Assembly (NCBI GenBank): GCA_041497135.1
Contig: JBGQFX010000005.1
Location: 27,683 to 91,682 of the forward strand
Direction: 5' to 3'
DNA length: 64,000 bases
Source: Gemmatimonadota bacterium
GTDB lineage: Bacteria > Gemmatimonadota > Gemmatimonadetes > Gemmatimonadales > GWC2-71-9
Part shown: piece after piece, positions 31,242 through 38,945 of the stretch
Layout: each line of letters starts with the position of its first letter
Numbering within the stretch: the stretch's first letter is position 1
The notes under the pieces: generated by a model
Database searches by the model: none
What the model saw: the letters and a program-made list of their open reading frames with translations, nothing else
Told to the model about the DNA's origin: nothing
Translations under genes and position numbers: made by a program

Positions 31242-33431
31242 AGAGAAGGTCTGCTGGACGCTCGGCGCCGGATTGAAGTGATCGTCGCCGCCCTGATCGG
31301 CGGTGATGGTGCAGGAGCCGACGCCGGTAAGGGAGACGGTGCTCCCGGAGACCGTGCAGCTGCCGCTCGCCGAGAAGCTCACGGGTAGGCCCGAGGATGC
31401 GCTCGCGCTGATCGTGAACAGTGGATCGCCGAAGGTTCGGTTGCTGAGTGTGCCGAAGGTAATTGCCTGATCGGTCTTGGTCGGCGCGGGGACGGTTATG
31501 CGGCCGATCTTGTTCGCGCCGCTCTCGTTGAACCACAGGGCCCCATCAGGTCCGGCGATAATGGCGGAAGGCCCGCTGCTGGCCGTGGAGACGGGGAATT
31601 CGGTGATGACGCCGGCGGTGGTGATCCGGCCGATCTGGTTTGCGGGGTACTCGGTGAACCAGAGGGCGGCATCCGGCCCCGCAGTTATGCCGAAAGGCCC
31701 GCTGCTAGCCGTGGGGGTTGTGAATTCGGTGATGACGCCAGCGATGGTGATCCGGCCAATCGTGTTGCCGTGCGGAACGGCTGCACCGTCAAGCGGTGCG
31801 GACTCGGTGAACCAGAGGGCGGCATCCGGCCCCGCAGTTATGCCGAAAGGCCCGCTGCTGGCCGTGGGAATTGTGAATTCGGTTATCGCGCCGCCGGTGG
31901 TGATTCGGCCAATCTGGTTGCCGTTGAACTCGGCGAACCAGAGGGCGCCATCCGGTCCCGCGGCAATACCGAGAGGCCGGCTAGCGGGCGTCGGAATGAC
32001 GAATTCGGTGATGACGCCGGCGGTGGTGATCCGGCCGATCTGGTTGCCGAACTGCTCGGTGAACCAGAGGGCGCCGTCGGCCCCGGCAGTGATACTTAGG
32101 GGAAAGGCGCCGGCCGTGGGGACGGCGAATTCGGTGATGGCGCCGGTCGTGGTGATCCGGCCAATCGCGTTGGAGCCCTGTTCGGCGAACCAGAGGGCGT
32201 CATCCGGCCCCGCAGCAATGTTCAAAGGCACGCTGCCAGCCGTGGGGACGCTGAATTCGGTGATGACGCCGCCGGTAGTGATCCGGCCGATCGTGCCGCC
32301 CTGTTCGGTGAACCAGATGGCGCCGTCCGGCCCTGCGGTGATGCCGAAAGGCACGCTGGCCGTGGGAATGGGGAACTCGCTGAAGTTCCCCGCGGTGGGT
32401 GCTGGGGTGAAGGCCTCGTTTGTCGAAACCGTCACCAGGCCGCCGCCCTCCGCGGCATTCCCCCCCACGACGTAAAGCACACCGTTGATCCCCTGTGGCT
32501 GCGTGGAGAAGCGAGCAGTCGGGATCGGTGCCAAGCTCGTCCAGCTGTCGGTCGCCGGATCATACGCCTCAACTGTGTTGACAACGCCAGGCCCGCTGCC
32601 AGTCCAGCCGCCCACTGCGTAGAGAATGCCGTTTACTTCACCGACGCCAATACTTATTCGTCCGGTCGGCATTGGGGTCTTGGTCGCCCACGTATCCGTG
32701 GCAGGATCGTATACCTCAAGAGCAGCACTACCATTGACTGAAGTCTGGTCGGTCTGACCTCCGGCGACGTAGAGTTTTCCATTGATGACTGCAGCTCCGG
32801 CCCGCAGGCGAGCCGTGGGCATCGGGGCCTTGGTCGCCCACGTATCCGTAGCCGGATCGTATGCCTCCAGCGTGGCGAAAGGAGGGCAGCCTAAGTGATC
32901 GCAGGGAGCTCCCCCGACAACATAGAACTTCCCCCCTATAGCTCCCGCCGCTGATTCGAAGCGCGCTGTGGGCATCGGGGTCTTGGTCGCCCAATGATCG
33001 GTCGCCGGATCATAGACTTGGAGTGTGTTGTGCGGCGCACTACATCCCGGGGCGCATCCGCCCGCGATATAGAGCTTGCCAGCGATAGTCGCAGCGCCGA
33101 ACTCCGCCGCCGCTGCCGTTGGCATGCCAGCCCCCGTGGCCCACGCATCGGTCACGGGATTGTATACGATGACCGGGCCGCCGAAGCTCAGGTTATTGAC
33201 CAAGTACAGGTTCCCGCTAATGACCGCACTTGCAAAGCAGCAGGCGGAGGGCTCGGGGGTCCTAGTCGTCCAGGTGCCGCTGCCGGGGAGTATCTGGAAA
33301 CTGGGCTTCGGGGTCCTCGGTCCCGTGAGGGAGGACTCCTCGCGGTTGTCACTGCAACCCGCCAACGCCAGGCCAACCAATGCCAGCGCCATCGGGGCGA
33401 TCCATCCCACCGACTGTCGTGTGCGAAACAT
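30870..33431 (-). CDS. giant lipoprotein: Kelch-repeat propeller + seven-bladed Vgb(virginiamycin B lyase)-like propeller + Ig-like domain + the same C-terminal ~122-aa module
   Basis: Lipobox LALAGC after MFRTRQSVGWIAPMALALVG (ATG 33431, GGGAGG SD). Kelch blades (GKLYVAGG...YDPATDTWATK). Seven repeats of F.IPTA.S.P.GITAGPDGALWFTE...N.IGRITT.G.ITE. Confidence 0.8.
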   Translation of the reverse strand: MFRTRQSVGWIAPMALALVGLALAGCSDNREESSLTGPRTPKPSFQILPGSGTWTTRTPEPSACCFASAVISGNLYLVNNLSFGGPVIVYNPVTDAWATGAGMPTAAAAEFGAATIAGKLYIAGGCAPGCSAPHNTLQVYDPATDHWATKTPMPTARFESAAGAIGGKFYVVGGAPCDHLGCPPFATLEAYDPATDTWATKAPMPTARLRAGAAVINGKLYVAGGQTDQTSVNGSAALEVYDPATDTWATKTPMPTGRISIGVGEVNGILYAVGGWTGSGPGVVNTVEAYDPATDSWTSLAPIPTARFSTQPQGINGVLYVVGGNAAEGGGLVTVSTNEAFTPAPTAGNFSEFPIPTASVPFGITAGPDGAIWFTEQGGTIGRITTGGVITEFSVPTAGSVPLNIAAGPDDALWFAEQGSNAIGRITTTGAITEFAVPTAGAFPLSITAGADGALWFTEQFGNQIGRITTAGVITEFVIPTPASRPLGIAAGPDGALWFAEFNGNQIGRITTGGAITEFTIPTASSGPFGITAGPDAALWFTESAPLDGAAVPHGNTIGRITIAGVITEFTTPTASSGPFGITAGPDAALWFTEYPANQIGRITTAGVITEFPVSTASSGPSAIIAGPDGALWFNESGANKIGRITVPAPTKTDQAITFGTLSNRTFGDPLFTISASASSGLPVSFSASGSCTVSGSTVSLTGVGSCTITADQGGDDHFNPAPSVQQTFSVLYNTAVGHGFLQPINTPPQGQSVFKIGSTIPVKFQLFLADSVTPVSTAVATIQVNRVSNSVPSNVNETVTSTVPNQGITFRYDVVSQQYIFNLGTKGWTSGTYQITALLNDGSNITVNVGAR
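31485..32384 (-). repeat. seven tandem ~126-nt coding repeats (propeller blades)
   Basis: Blades 5 and 6 share an identical FT.PTASSGPFGITAGPDAALWFTE stretch. The corresponding DNA is near-identical over about 75 nt (about 31655-31730 vs 31805-31880). Confidence 0.75.
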
Positions 33432-33496
33432 ACGTCCTCCCGCTCCAGTGGAATTGTGATGCGATGACGCAGCAAGGACCGCCTTGCTATCCCCAC

Positions 33497-33521
33497 GAAC
33501 GACGCGGATGTTTGCTCCGTC
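33497..33521 (+). promoter_or_regulatory. candidate ECF-type promoter GAAC-N17-CGTC
   Basis: acGAAC gacgcggatgtttgctc CGTCt lies about 49 nt upstream of the sigma-factor GTG. This is the general ECF -35/-10 pattern (GGAAC...CGTC). Confidence 0.35.
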
Positions 33522-33569
33522 TCCGTCCGCTAGAGTCACTTAGAGATCTGTGCCTCACCACAGGCGCTC

Positions 33570-34184
33570 GTGACACCCCCGGAGCGTTCCTCCGCCCCGA
33601 TTGAGAGCGTCGCCGCCGCGGCGGTCGAACTCCACTGCCTCCGCGACGGCCTGCGCATCCTCGCCTTGCGCGCGCTGCGCGACGCCGATGCCGCCGAGGA
33701 GGCGGTGCAGGAGACCATGGCCCGCGCCGTCCAGGCACTGCGCGACGGGCGGCTGTCCGATCCGGCAAAGCTTGGAGCGTACGTCGCGGGAATCGCGCGG
33801 CACGTGTTCTCCCATGCCCGTCGCGATCAGAAGGCGACCGTGTCGCTCGAGGTCATGCCGCCCGAGACCGGTGTCGCCGCCGGCCCCGATCCACTCGAGG
33901 CGCTCATTACCGCCGCCGAGACCGACCGGTTGCGCCGGGCGTTCGGGGCTCTCTCGGGTGAAGACCAACGGCTGCTGCGGTTGTGCTTCTACGAGAACCG
34001 GTCACCAAGCGAAGTGGCCGCGGCCCTGGGCGAGCCAGCCGAGCGCGTACGCAAGCGCAAGTCCCGTGCGCTGGATCGCTTGCGTCGGGCGTTCCTGGGA
34101 GAGGAGCCCGGTCACGGCGTCGGCAATTCTGGCACAACAGGACAGGAAGCACCGGGAGGGAAGAAGGAGCGCGAACCGGTATGA
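33570..34184 (+). CDS. ECF-type RNA polymerase sigma-70 family factor
   Basis: Region 2 (AEEAVQETMARAVQALRDG...GAYVAGIARHVF) and region 4 HTH (LRLCFYENRSPSEVAAALGEPAERVRKRKSRALDRLR). Confidence 0.85.
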   Translation: MTPPERSSAPIESVAAAAVELHCLRDGLRILALRALRDADAAEEAVQETMARAVQALRDGRLSDPAKLGAYVAGIARHVFSHARRDQKATVSLEVMPPETGVAAGPDPLEALITAAETDRLRRAFGALSGEDQRLLRLCFYENRSPSEVAAALGEPAERVRKRKSRALDRLRRAFLGEEPGHGVGNSGTTGQEAPGGKKEREPV

Positions 34185-34894
34185 TCGATAAGCACGGACC
34201 CGAGGATGCTCCGGAGCGCTACGCAGCGGGCCTGCTGAGCGCCGCCGAGGCGCGGGCGTTTGAAGACCACCTGGTGGTGTGCGCGCGGTGCCAGACGGAG
34301 GTGCGGCTTGCGGTCGGTGTGCGGCGCGTCGCGCGCGCTGCGACCGGCCGCTCTCGTCGCCAGCGGATGAGGCTTATCGCCGGCGCGTCACTCGGTCTCG
34401 CGGCCGGGCTTGCCGCACTGCTGCTATGGCCACGCGGTCCGAATCGGGAGGTCACCGCGCTGGGACGCGTCCGCGAGCCGCCGGCCTACCTGGGCCTCGC
34501 CGTCCGGGCGGCGCCGCGCGCCGGCGACTCCCTGTTCGCGGCGGCGATGGATGCGTACGTGACGCAGCGCTATGACGTGGCGGCCGCCGGGTTGCGCGCG
34601 GCCCTCGCCGCCGGGGTAGACACGGTGCCCGCCGAGTTCTTTCTCGCCGCGGCGGAGCTGATGCGAGGGAAGCCACGTGAGGCGGTCGACGGCTACGCAC
34701 AAGTGATAGCCGCGGGGGACGCGGCTGCTCCTTATCTGCCTGAGGCCCACATGTACCGCGCACGAGCATCGCTCCAGCTTAGCCGCGCGCGTCAAGCGCT
34801 CGCCGACCTCGAAGCGGTCCTGCGTTTTGGTGGCGCCGATTCGAGCTCGGCCCGCGCCCTCGCCGATAGCGTGCGGAAGGCGATGCGACGCTAG
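34181..34894 (+). CDS. anti-sigma factor (zf-HC2 N-terminus, one TM, periplasmic TPR-like domain)
   Basis: FEDHLVVCARCQ (Hx3Cx2C), TM MRLIAGASLGLAAGLAALLLW. ATGA overlap with the sigma gene. Confidence 0.75.
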   Translation: MIDKHGPEDAPERYAAGLLSAAEARAFEDHLVVCARCQTEVRLAVGVRRVARAATGRSRRQRMRLIAGASLGLAAGLAALLLWPRGPNREVTALGRVREPPAYLGLAVRAAPRAGDSLFAAAMDAYVTQRYDVAAAGLRAALAAGVDTVPAEFFLAAAELMRGKPREAVDGYAQVIAAGDAAAPYLPEAHMYRARASLQLSRARQALADLEAVLRFGGADSSSARALADSVRKAMRR

Positions 34895-34950
34895 CGCTCG
34901 TCCTGCTCGCCACGGGTGCCCTCACCGCCCAGACCCCGCCGCACGATTCC

Positions 34951-37900
34951 TTGCGTGCCGCTCGGCTGCGTCTCGCCGCCATCGAGCAGCGGACCGTGCT
35001 GAACGAGGACAGCGCGCTGTCGCTATACCGTGCAGCGATCGCCGCCGACTCCGAGTATCTCCCAGCACAATTCGAATACATCACCATGATGCGCGGCGAC
35101 TTGTTTCGCGGGCCGGAGCTTACTCGGGAGTACGGCGCCTCGGCTGGGCACATAGGGATCCATGGGTGCCTCGCCGCCGCCACGTCAGGAGCGAACGATA
35201 TCGGGCGGCCGATCACTCTGCTCCTCGCCCTCGAGCGCCGCGCGGGGCTCTCGTCGTGTACCGACATCTTTCTGATCGCCTGGTCTCAGTTCCGTGAAGG
35301 ATCACCGGAGGGGCTGCGTGACGGATTGGCGCGCGGCGCGCGTCTCGTCCGGGAACTTCCAGAGGTGTCCAACGTGTGGTCGTCATACGCCAGTCGCCTG
35401 GCCGCGGCCGGCCGCGCTGGCGAGGCGGAGCGCGTGCTGCGTGAAGGGATCGCGCGCGTCGCAGATCCGTTTGCCCGATTCAACATGATGGGAACGCTGG
35501 GCGGATTCCACTTGAGTCAAGGAGACACAGCTGGCGCTGTCGCCCTGTGGCGAGCGGCTCGCGATGCCGTTCTGCGCGATGGCCGTCCGCGTCTCGAGGC
35601 TCAGTATCTCTCGGGTGTATGCGATGGTGCCTGGCTCTCGGACCCGACACCCGCCGCGCGGGAACGCGCCTGCCGCGAGCAGCTCGCGATCCTCCACGCG
35701 CACCATGCCTGGCTCTCGGAATGGGGTGACGCACGCAATCGTGGACACGTCCTGGTCGATCGCGGCTTCTTCGCAGCCGCCCTTCTGTACCTCAATCGAG
35801 CGGTGGCGCTGGCGGACAGCGTCGGCACGCCGGGCCTACGCCTGATAGCGCACAATGAGCGTGGGCGAGTGTACTCGAAGCTCGGCCGGCTGGCGCTCGC
35901 TGAACGGGACCTGCGGCTGGCCATCGCGGCGGGGGCGACGGCCGATGAGCCGTATTACCTAGCCGAAGCCTACCACAACCTCGCGCACACTTACGAAGGA
36001 GCGGGCCGCTTCGCGGAAGCGGCGGGCGCCGCCGATACGTTCGCGGCGCTCACCGCCCCGATGCGCTGGAACCCCGAACGGATGATCAGCCGCTACGACG
36101 CCGGGACGATCCGCTGGAAGGCGGGGTGGCACGCCGCGGCAGCCAGAGACTTCGCCGCGATGGTGCGGATCGTCGATGAGCAAGGCGTGTCGCAGTACTT
36201 CGCGGGGGAGTACTATGAGCGCGTCGGCGACTTGGGCCGCGCGTTGCGGTACTACCGTGACGGCGCGCGCATCGACAACGAGCCCCGCAGCCTGGCCGCA
36301 CTCGCGCGCCTCTACGAGGCGCTCGGCCTACCAGACAGTGCGGCAGAAGTAGCCAGGCTGCATGACGCACGGCCGATGAAGTGGACGATCCTCGAGGGCC
36401 CCTTGCTGCCCGGCGTGCTGGCGAGGCGGGGGCGGCTCTCAGAAGCTATCGCGCTGAGCGAGGGATGGGCGCGCCAGGAACTACTCAACGGAAACGTGGA
36501 GGGCGCCGCCGCGGCCAACCTCCAGCTCGCCCAGTTCCAGCTCCAAGACCATGAGCCTGGGGCGGCCCTCACCTCCGCCACGCGAGCCGACAGCTTGAGC
36601 CGCACGCTGCACCTCACGGGCGAGAGCATCAAGGCGTGGAGGCTCGAAGGGCGTGCGCTGCTCGAGACAGGGAAGCGGACCCAGGGGATGGCCGCCCTAC
36701 GGGAGGCGGTGTCGCTCGCGCGGGCCCATCCCACCGCGGCAGAGTTGTTGGAGACCGACCTCGCGCTCGGCGACGCATCGCGGACGGGCGGCGACCCCGC
36801 GGCCGCACTCGCGGCGTACGACCGCGCCGCCGCGGTGACCGAGCGTCTGACGGCCGGACTCGAGGACGATCCCGATCGCACCGGGTTTCGTGCCCTACAC
36901 CTGGCCCCATTCGACGGCGCGCTCCGCATCCTGCTCCGTCCGGGGGCGGCGTCGTCGGCGGACGCCGCGCTGCGCTGGTCGGCACGACGCAAGGGAGCCG
37001 CACTCGTACTCGCAGGTCTCCCGACGACGGCCCTCCATCCACCTTCCGCGAATGACATCCACGCGACTATCGGTCGGGATGAGGCGCTCGTCGACTACAC
37101 CGTGCTCGATTCGGGAGTCACGGCGTTCGTCGTCGGTCGTCGCGGGGCGACAATCGTGCCGCTCAGCACGCCTCTGGCCCGGCTGGCCTCGTGGACGGAA
37201 GCCATTCGGCGCCCGCTCGTGGCGGCCCCGGGCGGGCGCGTGGATCTCGCCCACGCACGCTTCGACATCGCGGCGGCGGAAAGTCTGTTTCGCGCGCTGG
37301 TGGCGCCGCTCACGGAGGCGCTTGGCAGCGCCCGCCGCCTGGCAATCATACCCGATGGCTTGTTGTGGTATGTGCCGTTTCCCGCGCTCGTCGTGGACTC
37401 AGCCTACCTGATCGACCGCTACGAGGTCCGTTTGCTGCCCTCCGCACAATTCCTCACGGTCGCGTCCCAGCACGGTACCCTTCCCACACGGTTTCATGTT
37501 CTCGCGATGAGCTACGACGTGCCGGGCGGCGCCGCGGAGGTCGCAAGGGTTCGGAATGCGCTTGGGGCGGGGCAGGTGCAGACGCTGGAGGGGGGCGCCG
37601 CGACGGAGCACGCGGCCCTCGAGGCTTCGGTAGACGTCCTCCATCTGGCCGCGCACGGTCTGGTTGATGATCGGGATCCTCTCGCCTCTCACTTGCGCTT
37701 GGCGCCCGACCGACGAGACGACGGTTTGTTGCACGTCTCGGAGATCGCGGCACAGCGGCGCGTCCCCCGACTGGTGGTGCTCAGCGCATGCGAATCGGTG
37801 AGCGGACGCCTGTATGCGGGAGAGGGTCTGGTGGGGTTGGCGCGCGCCTTCTTGGTGGGGGGCGCCCGTCAGGTCGTGGCCAGTCAGTGGCCGGTGGACT

Positions 37901-38073
37901 CGAGTGCGGCAGCTCTGATGGGAGTCTTTTACGAACAGCTCGCTAAGGGCCATTCGCCTTCAGCAGCCCTACGGGAGGCTCAACTTGCGCTCAAGGCACG
38001 CCCGAATACTGCTCATCCGATCCACTGGGCAGGGTTCGTAGTGTTCCAAGGGGGGATGGCTGGCGCTCGGTGA
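34951..38073 (+). CDS. TPR-repeat CHAT-domain (caspase-like) protease
   Basis: About 650 aa of TPR-like helices, then CHAT: RRLAIIPDGLLWYVPFPAL...VLHLAAHG (His)...LVVLSACESVSG (Cys)...GLARAFLVGGARQVVASQWPV...WAGFVVFQG. The start is uncertain (first canonical start is TTG 34951; see findings). Confidence 0.8.
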   Translation: MRAARLRLAAIEQRTVLNEDSALSLYRAAIAADSEYLPAQFEYITMMRGDLFRGPELTREYGASAGHIGIHGCLAAATSGANDIGRPITLLLALERRAGLSSCTDIFLIAWSQFREGSPEGLRDGLARGARLVRELPEVSNVWSSYASRLAAAGRAGEAERVLREGIARVADPFARFNMMGTLGGFHLSQGDTAGAVALWRAARDAVLRDGRPRLEAQYLSGVCDGAWLSDPTPAARERACREQLAILHAHHAWLSEWGDARNRGHVLVDRGFFAAALLYLNRAVALADSVGTPGLRLIAHNERGRVYSKLGRLALAERDLRLAIAAGATADEPYYLAEAYHNLAHTYEGAGRFAEAAGAADTFAALTAPMRWNPERMISRYDAGTIRWKAGWHAAAARDFAAMVRIVDEQGVSQYFAGEYYERVGDLGRALRYYRDGARIDNEPRSLAALARLYEALGLPDSAAEVARLHDARPMKWTILEGPLLPGVLARRGRLSEAIALSEGWARQELLNGNVEGAAAANLQLAQFQLQDHEPGAALTSATRADSLSRTLHLTGESIKAWRLEGRALLETGKRTQGMAALREAVSLARAHPTAAELLETDLALGDASRTGGDPAAALAAYDRAAAVTERLTAGLEDDPDRTGFRALHLAPFDGALRILLRPGAASSADAALRWSARRKGAALVLAGLPTTALHPPSANDIHATIGRDEALVDYTVLDSGVTAFVVGRRGATIVPLSTPLARLASWTEAIRRPLVAAPGGRVDLAHARFDIAAAESLFRALVAPLTEALGSARRLAIIPDGLLWYVPFPALVVDSAYLIDRYEVRLLPSAQFLTVASQHGTLPTRFHVLAMSYDVPGGAAEVARVRNALGAGQVQTLEGGAATEHAALEASVDVLHLAAHGLVDDRDPLASHLRLAPDRRDDGLLHVSEIAAQRRVPRLVVLSACESVSGRLYAGEGLVGLARAFLVGGARQVVASQWPVDSSAAALMGVFYEQLAKGHSPSAALREAQLALKARPNTAHPIHWAGFVVFQGGMAGAR

Positions 38074-38094
38074 TCATACGCAGTAATATTGAGT

Positions 38095-38484
38095 ATGAGC
38101 AAGATCGCCCGCATCTCGATCACCCTCCCACAGGAGCTCGTAGTGGCGGCGGACCGCCGCGCTCGACAACTCGACCGCTCGCGCAGCTGGGTCGTGGCGG
38201 ACGCGTTGCGGACTGCGCTCTCCGCCAGCACGACTCAGTCGCCCGGTCAGGTTCGTGAACCGGCACCGGTTTACGCTGCGGCCGCCGTGGCCGAAGCGCG
38301 GCAGCGACACCTCTCGGCGGATCTCGCGCTATCGCTCGAGGAGCGCGTGCGCCGGGCAGAGGATCTGTCGCGGCTTGCCAAGCTCGCGCGCCGCCTGCCC
38401 ACGGGTCGGCGACAGCAGATCATCGGTTTCGACGCCTACGAGGATTACTACCAATGGAAGAAGGCACGCCTCGCCGGGGCGTAA
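38095..38484 (+). CDS. ribbon-helix-helix (CopG/RHH) domain protein, antitoxin-like
   Basis: MSKIARISITLPQELVVAADRRARQLDRSRSWVVADALRTAL (RHH beta-alpha-alpha). ATG 38095, or TTG 38089. Confidence 0.7.
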   Translation: MSKIARISITLPQELVVAADRRARQLDRSRSWVVADALRTALSASTTQSPGQVREPAPVYAAAAVAEARQRHLSADLALSLEERVRRAEDLSRLAKLARRLPTGRRQQIIGFDAYEDYYQWKKARLAGA

Positions 38485-38936
38485 CGCCGCAGACCGTTGC
38501 GGCCCAGGTTTGCGAAGCGCTGAATACCGCCGGGGCCGCTTACCTCGTCATCGGCGGGATCGCATGCATCCTGCACGGGTATGTCCGCGCCACCACGGAC
38601 GTGGACATCCTGATCGAGCGCACCCGGGACAACGCCGTGCGGGTGCTCAAGGCGCTCGCGACGATTGGCTACGGCTTCGCCCGGGAGTGGGCGCCCGAGG
38701 AAATCCTGCAGCGGCCGATCACGGTCATCGGCGACGACCCTGCGGTCGACGTCTTTACGGTTGCCTGGAGCGTCAAGTACGACAGTGCGGCCAAGCGATC
38801 GACCGTCGTGAACGTCGAAGCGGTGGCGATCCCGCTGATCAGTCTCGAAGACTTGATCGAGACCAAGCGGACGGGACGCTTGCAAGACGCGGCCGACATC
38901 GAGGTGCTGGAGGAGATTCGGCGGCGGGTGGGTTAG
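38454..38936 (+). CDS. minimal nucleotidyltransferase-fold protein, hypothetical (toxin/antitoxin-like partner of the RHH gene)
   Basis: AYLVIGGIACILHGYVRATTDVDILI (hGG-x9-R-x-T-x-DVD). Overlaps the RHH gene by 31 nt. Confidence 0.6.
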   Translation: MEEGTPRRGVTPQTVAAQVCEALNTAGAAYLVIGGIACILHGYVRATTDVDILIERTRDNAVRVLKALATIGYGFAREWAPEEILQRPITVIGDDPAVDVFTVAWSVKYDSAAKRSTVVNVEAVAIPLISLEDLIETKRTGRLQDAADIEVLEEIRRRVG

Positions 38937-38945
38937 GCGCCGTCG

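Noticed and set aside
31485-32384. Regular ~126-nt periodic repeats considered as a CRISPR or non-coding tandem array
   Set aside because: The periodicity is in frame and encodes seven propeller blades of a long ORF. There are no unique spacers and the repeats are divergent at the DNA level.
34883-34894. Programmed -1 ribosomal frameshift joining the anti-sigma gene end (ATG CGA CGC TAG) to the CHAT frame
   Set aside because: There is no X-XXY-YYZ slippery heptamer or obvious downstream stimulatory structure. An indel or coincidence is more parsimonious; the anomaly itself is kept as a finding.
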